Source of the DNA: Acidimicrobiia bacterium
Lineage (GTDB): Bacteria > Acidobacteriota > Vicinamibacteria > Vicinamibacterales > SCN-69-37
Length of the DNA stretch: 64,000 nt
Assembly (NCBI GenBank): GCA_045862915.1
Contig: BTVE01000005.1
Location: 21,970-85,969 of the forward strand
Direction: 5' to 3'
In this document: positions 26,971 through 41,600 of the stretch, in pieces
Numbering within the stretch: position 1 is the stretch's first letter
How the letters are laid out: the number at the start of each line of letters is the position of its first letter
The notes under the pieces: model-generated
What the model was told of the DNA's origin: nothing
The model's input: the letters and a program-made list of their open reading frames with translations, nothing else
Databases searched by the model: none
Translations under genes and position numbers: made by a program

Positions 26971-29790
26971 ATGGCCCACGACTGGATTGCTGTCCGGGGC
27001 GCCCGCGTCCACAACCTGCGGAACATCGACATCGACCTGCCCCGAGACCAGCTGGTGGTCATCACCGGGTTGTCGGGGTCGGGCAAGTCGTCGCTTGCCT
27101 TCGACACGATCTACGCCGAGGGGCAACGCCGGTACGTGGAGTCTCTCTCCGCGTATGCCCGGCAGTTCCTCGAGCAGATGGAGAAGCCGGACGTCGACCT
27201 GATCGACGGCTTGTCGCCCGCGATTTCCATCGAGCAGAAGACCACCGCCGCCAATCCGCGATCGACCGTGGGGACCGTCACGGAAATCTACGACTACATG
27301 CGGTTGCTGTTCGCCAACATCGGCGTGCCGCATTGCCCTGTCTGCGACAGGGAGATCACCTCCCAGTCGCTCGAGCGCATCGTCGATGTCGTGTTGTCGC
27401 TCCCTGAAGAGGAGCGCCTGAACGTGCTTGCGCCGGTGGTGCGCGGACGGAAGGGCGAGTTCAAGAAGGATCTTGCGGCGCTGCGGACGCGGGGGTTCAC
27501 GCGCGCGCGTATCGACGGCGAGTTCCGATCGCTGGATGAAGAGATCTCCCTGGATCGTCGCAAGAACCACACGATTGACGTGCTGGTTGACCGTGTGGTG
27601 GTCAAGGAGGGGGTGGAACGACGGCTCTCCGAGTCGATCGATCTGGCCCTGTCGCTGGCCGATGACGTGGTCATCGTCAACACGCTGCACGGCGGTGATC
27701 GGTTGTTCTCGCGTCGGATGGCGTGCCCCTCGTGCGACATCTCGATCCCCGAGATGACGCCGCGGGCGTTTTCCTTCAACTCGCCGCATGGTGCGTGTCC
27801 GGACTGCCAGGGGCTTGGCGCCGTGTACGACTTTGATCCGGCGCGTGTGGTGCCCGATGACCGCAAGTCACTCGAGGAAGGCGCCGTCGCACCCTGGGGA
27901 GACACAAAGAACGCGTCAGTCCGTGAGATGTTCGCCGGATTGCAGCGCGCATTCGGTATCGACCCGGCCACACCGTTCGCCAAGCTCGGCAAACGTCAGC
28001 GAGACGTGATTCTGATGGGCGCCCCTGGTCGAAAGGCCAAGGGCGGCGATCCGTTTGGCAGCGACTTCGAAGGGGTCATTCCGAATCTGCGCCGGCGCTT
28101 CGATGAAGGCAGTTGGACCGACCAGGAAGCGCTCGAGGTGTATCGCGCGTTGCGGCCGTGTCTCGCCTGTCATGGGGAGCGGCTGCGCCCTGAGAGTCGT
28201 GCCGTCCGCGTGAAGGGGCGACGCCTGGCCGAATACGTCGAGTTGCCGATTGCCGACGCGCTTCCGCTGCTGGAAGCGATGGAACTGACCGAGCGTGAGT
28301 TTCTGATCGCCGGGCGTGTCCTCAAGGAGATTCGTGAACGGCTCCGGTTTCTCGCGGACGTGGGTGTCGGGTACCTCACGCTGTCGCGCAGCGCAGCCAC
28401 CTTGTCGGGTGGCGAAGGCCAACGGATCCGGCTCGCGACGCAGATCGGTTCGCAGTTGACCGGCGTGTTGTACGTGCTCGACGAGCCGTCGATTGGCCTG
28501 CATCAACGCGACAACCGCCGGCTGCTGGCCACTCTGGGCCGCCTGCGCAATCTCGGCAACACGGTGCTCGTCGTCGAGCACGACGAAGACACGATCCGGC
28601 AGGCGGATTACCTCGTGGATCTGGGCCCCGGTGCGGGTGTGCACGGTGGCGAGGTGATGTTCCAGGGGCGTCCGCAGCAACTGCTGGCCGCGCCGGGCGA
28701 GTCGCTGACCGGGCAGTACCTGACCGGACGTCGCGCCATCGAGACGCCGCCGGCACGCCGCGCGGGATCCGGACAGCAGGTCATCGTTCGCGGCGCACGA
28801 GCGAACAACCTCAAGAACATCGACGTCGCATTCCCGCTCGGGACGTTCATCACCGTCACCGGCGTGAGCGGGTCCGGCAAGTCCACGCTCGTCAACGAGA
28901 TTCTGTATCGATCGCTGGCGAAGACGATCTATCGCGCGCTTGATGAACCAGGGGCGCACGACGGCATCGACGGACTCGAACACATCGACAAGGTCATTCA
29001 GATCGACCAGTCGCCCATCGGGCGGACGCCACGATCCAATCCGGCGACCTACACCGGGTTGTTCACCTTCGTCCGGGAGCTGTTTGCCATGTTGCCCGAT
29101 GCGCGCGCGCGGGGCTACAAGGCTGGACGGTTTTCGTTCAACGTCAAGGGCGGCCGGTGCGAAACGTGCCAGGGCGATGGCGTGATCGCGATCGAGATGC
29201 ACTTCCTGCCCAACGTGTACGTCACGTGTGAGGAGTGCAAGGGGCGCCGCTACAACCGCGAAACGCTGGAAGTCCTGTATCGCGGCAAGTCAATTGCGGA
29301 CATGCTCGAACTGACGGTGGAGCAGGCCCTGGAACTGGTCGAGAATTTCCCGTCGATCGCCACGCGCCTGCGCACGCTCCAGGAGGTTGGTCTCGGGTAC
29401 CTGACGCTGGGGCAGTCGGCCACGACGCTCTCCGGCGGTGAGGCCCAGCGCGTGAAACTCTCCCGTGAGCTGGCGCGCCGCGGCACGGGGAAGACGATGT
29501 ATATCCTCGATGAGCCGACGACCGGCCTGCACTTCGAGGATGTGCGCAAGCTGCTCGACGTCCTCAACCGGCTCGTTGATCAGGGCAACACGGTCGTCGT
29601 CATCGAGCACAACCTGGACGTGATCCGTTGCGCGGACTGGGTGATCGACCTTGGGCCGGAAGGTGGCGTCGGTGGTGGGCAGATTGTTTCGGCCGGACCT
29701 CCTGAGGTCGTGGCGGCGGCATCACAATCAGCCACCGGGGCGTTCCTGGCGGGTGTCCTGGGCACGTCGGTCAAACCGGCAGTTTCCTGA
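26971..29790 (+). CDS. uvrA: Excinuclease ABC subunit A
   Basis: [28 protein letters not shown], second Walker A GVSGSGKS, zinc-finger Cys pairs. Confidence 0.97.
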   Translation: MAHDWIAVRGARVHNLRNIDIDLPRDQLVVITGLSGSGKSSLAFDTIYAEGQRRYVESLSAYARQFLEQMEKPDVDLIDGLSPAISIEQKTTAANPRSTVGTVTEIYDYMRLLFANIGVPHCPVCDREITSQSLERIVDVVLSLPEEERLNVLAPVVRGRKGEFKKDLAALRTRGFTRARIDGEFRSLDEEISLDRRKNHTIDVLVDRVVVKEGVERRLSESIDLALSLADDVVIVNTLHGGDRLFSRRMACPSCDISIPEMTPRAFSFNSPHGACPDCQGLGAVYDFDPARVVPDDRKSLEEGAVAPWGDTKNASVREMFAGLQRAFGIDPATPFAKLGKRQRDVILMGAPGRKAKGGDPFGSDFEGVIPNLRRRFDEGSWTDQEALEVYRALRPCLACHGERLRPESRAVRVKGRRLAEYVELPIADALPLLEAMELTEREFLIAGRVLKEIRERLRFLADVGVGYLTLSRSAATLSGGEGQRIRLATQIGSQLTGVLYVLDEPSIGLHQRDNRRLLATLGRLRNLGNTVLVVEHDEDTIRQADYLVDLGPGAGVHGGEVMFQGRPQQLLAAPGESLTGQYLTGRRAIETPPARRAGSGQQVIVRGARANNLKNIDVAFPLGTFITVTGVSGSGKSTLVNEILYRSLAKTIYRALDEPGAHDGIDGLEHIDKVIQIDQSPIGRTPRSNPATYTGLFTFVRELFAMLPDARARGYKAGRFSFNVKGGRCETCQGDGVIAIEMHFLPNVYVTCEECKGRRYNRETLEVLYRGKSIADMLELTVEQALELVENFPSIATRLRTLQEVGLGYLTLGQSATTLSGGEAQRVKLSRELARRGTGKTMYILDEPTTGLHFEDVRKLLDVLNRLVDQGNTVVVIEHNLDVIRCADWVIDLGPEGGVGGGQIVSAGPPEVVAAASQSATGAFLAGVLGTSVKPAVS

Positions 29791-29940
29791 CGCTGTGTCA
29801 ATTCCCCAACAGTACAGAACGTCCTGACTGTGGTATTTGTGACACTGCGTGTAAACCGTGGGCAAAATATGCCGTGGGCCCTTGCTGCTAAATCCAATTG
29901 ATGCAATACTTTGGTGGTTGTCCAGTAGGCCGGTTGCTGT

Positions 29941-29956
29941 TGGCAGGCAACTTGCT
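29941..29956 (+). promoter_or_regulatory. Sigma-54 promoter upstream of lpxC
   Basis: TGGCAGGCAACTTGCT, near-consensus TGGCACG-N4-TTGCW. Confidence 0.7.
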
Positions 29957-29982
29957 TAATGGGGCAGCAGCTGACGTTTTTC

Positions 29983-30885
29983 ATGCCTGCTCAACGCACC
30001 CTCCGCCACGCTACCCACTGCATCGGAATCGGGCTCCATTCAGGGCAGAAAGTCACCATCGGTCTCAAGCCGGCTGAGCCAAACACGGGCATCCGCTTCG
30101 TTCGTACCGACCTTGGCGTAGAAGTGCCGGCGTCCATCGAGTGCCTGGGTGGACCGCAGCAGCTGCAGACCGAGCTTCGGCTGGGTGACGCGTCAATTGC
30201 CACAGTGGAGCATCTGTTGTCTGCCCTGCATGGGCTGGGGATCGACAACCTGCGTGTGGAGTTGAACCAGGCGGAAGTGCCGATCATGGACGGCAGCGCT
30301 GCGCCGTGGGTCTACCTGATTCAGAGCACCGGCATCCGCGAGCAGGCGGCCCCGCGCAAGACTATCGAGATCCTGCGGACCTTTGAAATTGCCGACGGCG
30401 ACAAGCGCATGGCGGTGCACCCGTATGACGGGTTCAAGGTCAGCTACGCGATCAGTTTTGATCACCCGCTCCTGCGTCAGCAGGAGGCGTCCATCGACAT
30501 CACCGAACAGGTGTACGTGGACGAAATCGCTCCGGCGCGGACCTTCGGCTTCCTGAAGGACGTGGAACTCATGCGCCAGCGCGGCCTGGCGCTGGGTGGT
30601 TCACTCGACAACGCCATTGTGGTCGGTGAGACCGGTGTGTTGAACCCGCTGCGGTTTGACGATGAATTTGTGCGCCACAAGGTGCTTGACGCGATTGGTG
30701 ACCTGGCCCTGATCGGCCGGGCGCTGCGCGGGCATGTGGTGGTGCACCGGGGCGGTCATGCCCTGCATACGAGGTTCGCGACTGAACTCCTCCGTCAGCG
30801 CGACGCGTGGCGCCTTGTGGACGCGAGCGAGCCGGCGGCTGCACCCGCCGCCGCCCGCGTCCCCGCCCGTTCCACCAGCCGCTAG
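29983..30885 (+). CDS. lpxC: UDP-3-O-acyl-N-acetylglucosamine deacetylase
   Basis: QRTL, GIGLHSG, TVEHLLSAL, PIMDGS, ARTFGF, RHKVLDAIGD. Confidence 0.95.
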   Translation: MPAQRTLRHATHCIGIGLHSGQKVTIGLKPAEPNTGIRFVRTDLGVEVPASIECLGGPQQLQTELRLGDASIATVEHLLSALHGLGIDNLRVELNQAEVPIMDGSAAPWVYLIQSTGIREQAAPRKTIEILRTFEIADGDKRMAVHPYDGFKVSYAISFDHPLLRQQEASIDITEQVYVDEIAPARTFGFLKDVELMRQRGLALGGSLDNAIVVGETGVLNPLRFDDEFVRHKVLDAIGDLALIGRALRGHVVVHRGGHALHTRFATELLRQRDAWRLVDASEPAAAPAAARVPARSTSR

Positions 30886-30888
30886 CTA

Positions 30889-30936
30889 CGGCACTCCGGA
30901 ACCTCGGAACTTCGGCACTCCGGAACTTCGGAACCT
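30889..30936 (+). repeat. Six tandem 8-bp repeats between convergent genes
   Basis: cggcactc cggaacct cggaactt cggcactc cggaactt cggaacct. Confidence 0.85.
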
Positions 30937-30938
30937 CG

Positions 30939-31217
30939 TTAATCCTCTGTCGCTTCCGACGCCCGCTTGACCATCTGCATCAGCCGGTCATTTTCGAACC
31001 GGTTGAAGCTCATGAACAGGCTTTCTTTCAGGTAGGTGCGCAGCTCCTCCGGCGTGAGCTGTCCGATGAGGTGATCGAACTCGCGGTCGATGTCTTCAAA
31101 CGAGTAGTCGAGATCGGCGCGGCGCGCCAGGTCGCGCGAGATGGCTTCGAGGATGGCAAGCACGTCGCCATCGAGGACCAGCGGCGTTCCGGCGGTGGTG
31201 GTGACCGTACGCATCAT
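30939..31217 (-). CDS. Small hypothetical protein
   Basis: GGAGG RBS, 2 nt after the STAS stop, protein-like composition. Confidence 0.7.
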   Translation of the reverse strand: MMRTVTTTAGTPLVLDGDVLAILEAISRDLARRADLDYSFEDIDREFDHLIGQLTPEELRTYLKESLFMSFNRFENDRLMQMVKRASEATED

Positions 31218-31219
31218 GA

Positions 31220-31561
31220 TCAGCCTCCGAAGCTCGACAGGGCGGACTGCTGGTCGGCGTGGACTTCCAGGAAGTTATGCGCCCCGGTCATGGTCAACAT
31301 CGTTTCGACGCGTTTCTGCACGCCGGACAGCTTGAGCTGCCCGCCGGCCGCGTGTGACTGCCGATAGAGATCCATCAGGCACCCGATCGTCGCGCTGTCG
31401 ACGTAGCTGACGGTCGACATGTCGAGCACGATCTGCTTCTGTCCCTCGGCGACCAGCCCCGCGACCGTCGTCGCAAAGTCGGACAGGATGGGATAGGTGA
31501 GCTTCGTCTCGGTGACGTGGACGACCACGGTCGGCCCGTGGGTTGAGGTGGTGACGTTCAT
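31220..31561 (-). CDS. STAS-domain anti-sigma-factor antagonist
   Basis: IVLDMSTVSYVDSATIGCL. Confidence 0.88.
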   Translation of the reverse strand: MNVTTSTHGPTVVVHVTETKLTYPILSDFATTVAGLVAEGQKQIVLDMSTVSYVDSATIGCLMDLYRQSHAAGGQLKLSGVQKRVETMLTMTGAHNFLEVHADQQSALSSFGG

Positions 31562-32181
31562 TCGGTTCCTCCGCGCGATGCCATGGAGCCCGGCGGCCTG
31601 TGTTGTTGGAGACGGCGGATCTGGCGAGCCAGTTCGAGTCGTCCCCGGTTGATACGCGACTTCACGGTGCCTTCGGGCAGTCCCAGTTGATCGGCGATCT
31701 CCTGGTACGAAAACTCCTGCAGGTCACGGAGGGTGACCGCCTGACGCAGGGTGGGCGGCAGCTCCGCCAGCGCCTGGCGGATGATCGACTTGAGGTCGAC
31801 CTGTTCGAGTTCACCAAGCGGCGTCCGCTCACGCGACACCGGTGACAACTCGGACGCATCCACATCACGCGCCATGGTCGCCCGTTCCTTCCGGACCGAG
31901 CGGTAGTGGTCGATGCAGAGATTGCGGCTGATGCTGATCAGCCACGTCTGGAAATTCGCGCGGCGATCAAACGTGTGCAGCGCCTTGAAAATCTTGATGA
32001 AGATGTCCTGGGTGAGGTCTTCGGCCTCGTCGTGGCGGCCGACGAATTTGTACGCGAGGTTGAAGACCTTGCGGCGGTGCGTCCGGACAATCTCTTCCCA
32101 CGCCGTCTGGTCGCCCGACAGGCACCGGGCAATCAGCGCATCGGTCGCATCGTTGGGGGAAGGGGTGTACTCGGTAGACAT
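31558..32181 (-). CDS. ECF sigma-70 factor
   Basis: AEDLTQDIF, FQTWL, SYQEIA, GTVKSRINRGR. Confidence 0.92.
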   Translation of the reverse strand: MSTEYTPSPNDATDALIARCLSGDQTAWEEIVRTHRRKVFNLAYKFVGRHDEAEDLTQDIFIKIFKALHTFDRRANFQTWLISISRNLCIDHYRSVRKERATMARDVDASELSPVSRERTPLGELEQVDLKSIIRQALAELPPTLRQAVTLRDLQEFSYQEIADQLGLPEGTVKSRINRGRLELARQIRRLQQHRPPGSMASRGGTE

Positions 32182-32231
32182 CGGACGCAGTTCGGACCCG
32201 CGTCCGGGATCATACTAAAATGCTTGTCCCC

Positions 32232-33476
32232 GTGTCTGGATTCGCGCGTATCCGAGGAGTGTTGTGGTGCGACGAGGTGAACCTCACCGACGTCGCTGAG
32301 GCGGTCGGCACGCCGGCGCACGTCTACAGCGCCTCGGTGCTGCGCGAGCGGTTTTCGGCGCTTGACGACGCGTTTGCCGAGTATCCGCACGATCTGCACT
32401 ACGCCATCAAGGCCAACGCGACGCTCGCGGTTGTCCGGCAGATGCGTGAATCGGGCGCCCATGCGGACGCGAACTCGGGCGGCGAAATCGAGGTGGCGCT
32501 TCGCGCCGGCTTCACGCCGGATCAGATTGTGTTCACCGGCGTCGGCAAGACCCATGACGAGCTCGTGCGCGCGGTGACACTTGGCCTCAAGGCCATCAAC
32601 GCCGAGTCTCCCGGTGAGATGGAGCGGATTGCCGCGATCGCGGCGGCACATGGTGTGACGGCGCGTGTCGCCGTGCGCATCAACCCCGATGTCGACGCGG
32701 GCAGCCATCCCCATATCTCGACCGGACATCGATCCAACAAGTTCGGCATGTCGGTCTCACAGGCGTACGCGATGGTCACCGAGATGGCGCGGCGTGAGCA
32801 CCTGGCGGTGGTGGGGCTGCACGTGCACATCGGTTCGCAGGTGACCGACGCGGCGCCGCTCACACAGGCCGCGGCCACGATTGCCACGATGGCCGAGACG
32901 CTGCGCGGACAGGGCATCACACTCGAACATCTCGATATCGGTGGCGGCCTCGGCATCGCGTACGAGGCCGGCCAGCGTGTGCTGTCCGTCACCGACTACG
33001 CAGCGGCGGTGTTGCCGGTGATTCGTCCGACGGGCCTGCGGCTCATCCTCGAGCCGGGCCGCTGGATTACCGGGCCAGCCGGGGTGATCCTGACGCGGGT
33101 GGTTGACCTCAAGGCGCAGGCGGACGGCAAGCAGTTTGTCATCGTGGACGCCGGCATGACGGACCTGATCCGTCCGGCGTTGTATGGCGCGTGGCACGAG
33201 ATCGAGGCCGTCACGCCGCGCGACGGCACCGAGGTCACCTGCGACATCGTCGGCCCGGTCTGTGAGACGAGTGACACGCTGGGGAAACAACGCAGCCTTC
33301 CGCCAATGCAGGTCGGCGATCTGATCGCCGTGCGCGACACAGGAGCCTACGGGGCGGTGATGGCGTCCAACTACAATCGGCGGCCTTTTGCCGCTGAAGT
33401 CATGGTGGACGGCGGAACATGGCGCACGGTGCGGCGACGGCAGACGATTGACGATCTGCTGCAGTGGGAGGTGTGA
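32232..33476 (+). CDS. lysA: Diaminopimelate decarboxylase
   Basis: YAIKAN, HVHIGSQ, DIGGG, EPGR, GPVCETSD, GAYG..MASNYN; start GTG 32232 or ATG 32220. Confidence 0.95.
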   Translation: MSGFARIRGVLWCDEVNLTDVAEAVGTPAHVYSASVLRERFSALDDAFAEYPHDLHYAIKANATLAVVRQMRESGAHADANSGGEIEVALRAGFTPDQIVFTGVGKTHDELVRAVTLGLKAINAESPGEMERIAAIAAAHGVTARVAVRINPDVDAGSHPHISTGHRSNKFGMSVSQAYAMVTEMARREHLAVVGLHVHIGSQVTDAAPLTQAAATIATMAETLRGQGITLEHLDIGGGLGIAYEAGQRVLSVTDYAAAVLPVIRPTGLRLILEPGRWITGPAGVILTRVVDLKAQADGKQFVIVDAGMTDLIRPALYGAWHEIEAVTPRDGTEVTCDIVGPVCETSDTLGKQRSLPPMQVGDLIAVRDTGAYGAVMASNYNRRPFAAEVMVDGGTWRTVRRRQTIDDLLQWEV

Positions 33477-34060
33477 TGCTGATTGCGTTTGAAGGGCTGG
33501 ATCAGAGCGGCAAGGAGACGCAGGCCCGGCATCTGCGTGCCCGCATCGCCCAGGACGGTCGCAAGGTGCACGCTCTGTCGTTTCCCGACTACGAGACGCC
33601 CATCGGCAAGGAGATCGCGGCCGCACTCGCCGGCGAGCGCGAGTTTTCGCCCGATGTGATGCAGCTGTTGTACGTGGCGAACCGCTGCGAATTCCGCGCG
33701 CGGCTCGAGAGCTGGCTCGGCAGCGGTGGTGTCGTCGTGTGCGACCGCTACCGTGCGTCCAGCGTCGCCTATGGCGAGGCGCAGGGGCTGGACCCCGTGT
33801 GGCTCGAAGACATCCAGCGGTTGTTGCCCACACCCGACATCACGGTGCTGCTCGACATTGCCCCTGAGACCGCGGTGCAGCGCAAGTCGACCGGCCGTGA
33901 CCGCTACGAGCGTGACCTGTCGCTGCTGGCGCGTGTGCGCGAGTCCTACCGGCGTCAGGCCTCCGCGTCCCCCGGCTGGGTGCTGGTCGATGGCGAACAG
34001 GCGAAAGACGACGTACGTACGGCGGTCGAAGCAGTCGTGCTCCCGCGCCTGGCCGGCTGA
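33476..34060 (+). CDS. tmk: Thymidylate kinase
   Basis: IAFEGLDQSGKETQ, DRY..SSVAY, PDITVLLD. Confidence 0.9.
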   Translation: MLIAFEGLDQSGKETQARHLRARIAQDGRKVHALSFPDYETPIGKEIAAALAGEREFSPDVMQLLYVANRCEFRARLESWLGSGGVVVCDRYRASSVAYGEAQGLDPVWLEDIQRLLPTPDITVLLDIAPETAVQRKSTGRDRYERDLSLLARVRESYRRQASASPGWVLVDGEQAKDDVRTAVEAVVLPRLAG

Positions 34061-34196
34061 TACTGCCCGGACACGGTCAACGGGAACGAACGTTTCCCTG
34101 ACCGCAATAGTCATGCTGGTCGCTGTGTCCGCGGCCGCCGCGCTGCCGGCCTGGTACGCGTCGCGGGTGCCGCCGGCGGAGGCGCTGAAGCAGTAG
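34061..34196 (+). pseudogene. Remnant of the C-terminus of a MacB/FtsX-type ABC permease
   Basis: ...AIVMLVAVSAAAALPAWYASRVPPAEALKQ* resembles the PAxRAxRVDPxxALR end; the rest of the gene is missing. Confidence 0.5.
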
Positions 34197-34199
34197 CGG

Positions 34200-34874
34200 T
34201 TACGAGATCTTCTTGAGCAAGATGATGTGTTGCCAGGGAAGCACATCGATGACGCGATCGATGGCAAATCCGTCCGCTTCAAGCTCCTGACGCACCTGGT
34301 CGACAGTCATCTTGTGCAGCGGGTGAATCGGAATCGTACTGTCTTCGCCGCGGTACTCGATGAGCACCAGGCGGCCGTCGTCCTTGAGCGCCTCTTTGAG
34401 CCGGGCGGTGAACGCCTGCGGCCGTGCCAGCTCGTGATACACGTCCACCATCAGGATCATGTCGAATGTGGCGGCGGGCAGTTTCGGATCGTCGATGGTG
34501 CCCTGGACGAGCGTGACGTTGGAGAGCCGTTCCTTGTCGACGCGCCGGCGGAGCAGGTCCAGCATCCCCGGCTGGACGTCGGTCGCATACACCTGCCCGT
34601 CGCGACCGACTGATCGGCTCAGGCGAACGGTGTAGTAGCCGGAACCGGCGCCAACGTCCGCCACCACCATTCCACGCTTGAGCCGAAGGGCGTCCACAGC
34701 CCGCGTCGGTTGTTCCTCGCTTTCACGTTCCGGCCGGTCCAGCCATGGCGCGCCGGCCACGCTCATCGTCGGTGCGATGGTCCTTCCGCTGACAGGATGG
34801 CGGTTCTGCTGGGCGAGGGCGGCAACGCCGACAGTCAGGGCAAGGGCCAGTGCAAACGCAACACGTGACGGCAT
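34200..34874 (-). CDS. Exported class I SAM-dependent methyltransferase
   Basis: Signal peptide; VADVGAGSGY, DVYHE. Confidence 0.85.
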   Translation of the reverse strand: MPSRVAFALALALTVGVAALAQQNRHPVSGRTIAPTMSVAGAPWLDRPERESEEQPTRAVDALRLKRGMVVADVGAGSGYYTVRLSRSVGRDGQVYATDVQPGMLDLLRRRVDKERLSNVTLVQGTIDDPKLPAATFDMILMVDVYHELARPQAFTARLKEALKDDGRLVLIEYRGEDSTIPIHPLHKMTVDQVRQELEADGFAIDRVIDVLPWQHIILLKKIS

Positions 34875-35005
34875 GACTGGTGATACGGCCGTGGGCGGAG
34901 GCTGGATGGCTGCGACCTGCGGGCGACCGAGATCGGCGAACATCGTCCGGGATGTCTGGGCGCTGGTCGCTCCAGTTCTAGTCGCGTCCGACCGTTCGGC
35001 ACGCC

Positions 35006-37663
<2,658 letters not shown>

Positions 37664-37749
37664 GCCCCCTCACCCTGTCCTGAACTGGGCTGGCGCGTCA
37701 AGTAGATCTCGCTGAAGTTGGCGCAATTGCTCATCTGCGGCTCGGGATT

Positions 37750-38475
37750 CTAGACGATGTGGCCATGGGCGCGAACGGCCCGCGCGGCCGTCAGGACGTG
37801 CACCTCGCGCACGCCGGCAGCCTTGAGCGCGCGCGCACATGCGTCGGCCGTTGCCCCCGTCGTCAACACATCGTCGACCAGCACGACCCGTCGGGGAAGC
37901 GGCCGCCATGCCCACCACACGTGATAGACGCCATTCACGTTGTGGCGGCGCTCGTCCGCGGAAAGTCCCGCCTGAGGCCGGCCGAGACGTCCGCGCCACA
38001 GCAGCCGACGGACCGGACAACCCAGGGCGCGTGCAATGAGGTCAGCCTGGTTGAAGCCCCGTTGCCACGAGCGCCACGGATGCAGCGGCACCGGCACCAC
38101 GCAGGCGTCGTCGAGCCAGTGCCCCGAGACGAGCCGCATCCGTCGCGCAAGTTCCGGAGCGATGAGCGGGTGGCGACCGTACTTGAGCGCGTGCACGATC
38201 TCGCGCAGGCTGCCGTCATACAGACCAGCCGCTCTGGCGCCGTCAAACGAAGGCGGGTGTTGCACACAATGCGTACAGAGGGTGGGCGATGCCGTCACGG
38301 CGGCAAGCGGTTCCGCGCAGCGCACGCACAGCGGTGGAGACAACTGCTGCACCGAGTTCCAGCACGTGGCACACACCGGGCCGCGGCGGTCCGAGGTCAG
38401 TGGCCGGCTGCAGGTGACACACGCCGCGTCAAAGAGGGTGAGGAGCGCCTGGTCGACTTGTGCGAGTACAGACAT
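37750..38475 (-). CDS. comF: ComF-family protein (zinc ribbon plus PRTase)
   Basis: CVTC, CATC, CVRC, CTHC; VPVPLH..RGFNQA; VDDVLTTGAT. Confidence 0.88.
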   Translation of the reverse strand: MSVLAQVDQALLTLFDAACVTCSRPLTSDRRGPVCATCWNSVQQLSPPLCVRCAEPLAAVTASPTLCTHCVQHPPSFDGARAAGLYDGSLREIVHALKYGRHPLIAPELARRMRLVSGHWLDDACVVPVPLHPWRSWQRGFNQADLIARALGCPVRRLLWRGRLGRPQAGLSADERRHNVNGVYHVWWAWRPLPRRVVLVDDVLTTGATADACARALKAAGVREVHVLTAARAVRAHGHIV

Positions 38476-38487
38476 GCACCGGACTCC

Positions 38488-38503
38488 TGCACGGCGGGTG
38501 CCG
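38488..38503 (-). promoter_or_regulatory. Sigma-54-like motif before comF
   Basis: CGGCACCCGCCGTGCA (GG-N10-GC). Confidence 0.5.
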
Positions 38504-38560
38504 TGTCAGGCGCCGGTGGGCGGGGCAGGGAACGCGGAAACTGCGTACGGGACCGCGAGG

Positions 38561-39112
38561 CTACGACGCAGAAACTTCAATCGTCTCGGCGCCACCCCAC
38601 AGGCGCTCGAGTGCGTAGAACGACCGCTGCCCCGGCAGGAAGATGTGGACGATGAAGGTGAAGTAGTCGAGCAGGACCCACTCGCCGCGGTTATACCCTT
38701 CGACGAGGGCGGGGGGCTGACCATCCGCCTTGAGTCCCATCTCGATGCCGTCGGCGATCGCCTGCACCTGCTTGGTGTTGGCGCCGGTGCAGATGATGAA
38801 GAAGTCGGTGAACGCTGACGCTTCGCGCAGGTCGAGCACTGTCAGGTCGATGGCCTGTTTGTCCTGCGCCAGCTGAATTGCCTTCTTGAGGTCGGACGGC
38901 AGACGGAGTTTGCTTGATGTCGGCGCCGCCTTCTTCGGCGACGCCGGCTTGGCCGACTTCGCCGCGGCCGGTCCCTTGGCCGACACAGCCTTGCGCGTGG
39001 CGGTTTTTTTCGCCGGGCGCTTGGCGACGGTCTTTTTTGCCGGTGCCGCCTTCTTCGCGCTGGCGGTCTTCTTGGTTGCCGGTCGGGTCTTCTTTGCGGG
39101 TGCCTTGGCCAT
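38561..39112 (-). CDS. rsfS: Ribosome silencing factor with Lys/Ala/Pro-rich N-terminal extension
   Basis: DKQA..LDL, TDFFIICTG, WVLLDY, VHIF..R.FYALERLW. Confidence 0.9.
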   Translation of the reverse strand: MAKAPAKKTRPATKKTASAKKAAPAKKTVAKRPAKKTATRKAVSAKGPAAAKSAKPASPKKAAPTSSKLRLPSDLKKAIQLAQDKQAIDLTVLDLREASAFTDFFIICTGANTKQVQAIADGIEMGLKADGQPPALVEGYNRGEWVLLDYFTFIVHIFLPGQRSFYALERLWGGAETIEVSAS

Positions 39113-39128
39113 CTGGTGTCCTGCGATC

Positions 39129-39159
39129 GGCGGGGCTGAAGCCCCGCCCTACGTTCTGC

Positions 39160-39189
<30 letters not shown>
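39129..39189 (-). repeat. GTAG REP-like palindrome plus adjacent degenerate copy
   Basis: GTAGGGCGGGGCTTCAGCCCCGCC (39129-39152) and TTAGGGCGGGGCTTGGGCCCCG (39168-39189). Confidence 0.7.
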
Positions 39190-40883
<1,694 letters not shown>

Positions 40884-41150
40884 CTACGCCTTGTCGGCGA
40901 CAGGGACGATGGCGATGAAGCGTCCGCGCTGTCCCTGATCAAGGAACTTCACCGTGCCGGTGATCTTCGCGAACAACGTGTCGTCCTTGCCCAGGCCGAC
41001 ATTCAGACCCGGCTTGAACTTGCGGCCGCGCTGACGGACCAGGATGGTGCCGCCGCTGACCAGATTGCCGTCGTGGGCCTTGACGCCGAGGCGCTGCGCG
41101 TTCGAGTCGCGGCCGTTGCGTGAGGATCCCTGTCCTTTTTTAGTAGCCAT
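40884..41150 (-). CDS. rpmA: 50S ribosomal protein L27
   Basis: [25 protein letters not shown]. Confidence 0.97.
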   Translation of the reverse strand: MATKKGQGSSRNGRDSNAQRLGVKAHDGNLVSGGTILVRQRGRKFKPGLNVGLGKDDTLFAKITGTVKFLDQGQRGRFIAIVPVADKA

Positions 41151-41160
41151 CGTTTCAGTC

Positions 41161-41475
41161 CTAGGCGTTGATGGCGGTGACCTTCACGCGCGTCTGCTGC
41201 GTGCGGTGCCCGCGAGTCTTGCGTTCCTGCTTGCGGCGCTTCATCTTGAAGACCCGGATCTTCTTGCCCTGGGTCTGCTCTTCGATGACGCCCGACACCG
41301 TGGCGCCCGTCACGTACGGAGCGCCGGTGACGACGTTGCCGTCGGCGCCCTCCACGAGAAGAACACGGTCAAACGTATATTCCGCGCCCGGCTCGAGTTC
41401 GAGCCGATCAACCACGACGACCGCGCCCGGCGTTACCTTTTCCTGCCGACCGCCGGCTTCCACAATGGCGAACAT
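41161..41475 (-). CDS. rplU: 50S ribosomal protein L21
   Basis: [11 protein letters not shown]..., [15 protein letters not shown]. Confidence 0.95.
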   Translation of the reverse strand: MFAIVEAGGRQEKVTPGAVVVVDRLELEPGAEYTFDRVLLVEGADGNVVTGAPYVTGATVSGVIEEQTQGKKIRVFKMKRRKQERKTRGHRTQQTRVKVTAINA

Positions 41476-41600
41476 CGCACACTCTCCAGAAATCGATAGT
41501 CTTCCCACACGGGTAGCCGGCTGGCTCCCGTCGGAACCACCAAGGGTAACACAGCCGGGCTCGGCCCGGCTAGGCCGGGCCGGGTCCTGGGCTGGACGGG

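Noticed and set aside
41476-41600. Structured ncRNA or leader upstream of rplU
   Set aside because: Two GC hairpins are present, but I cannot match them to a known RNA family by eye.
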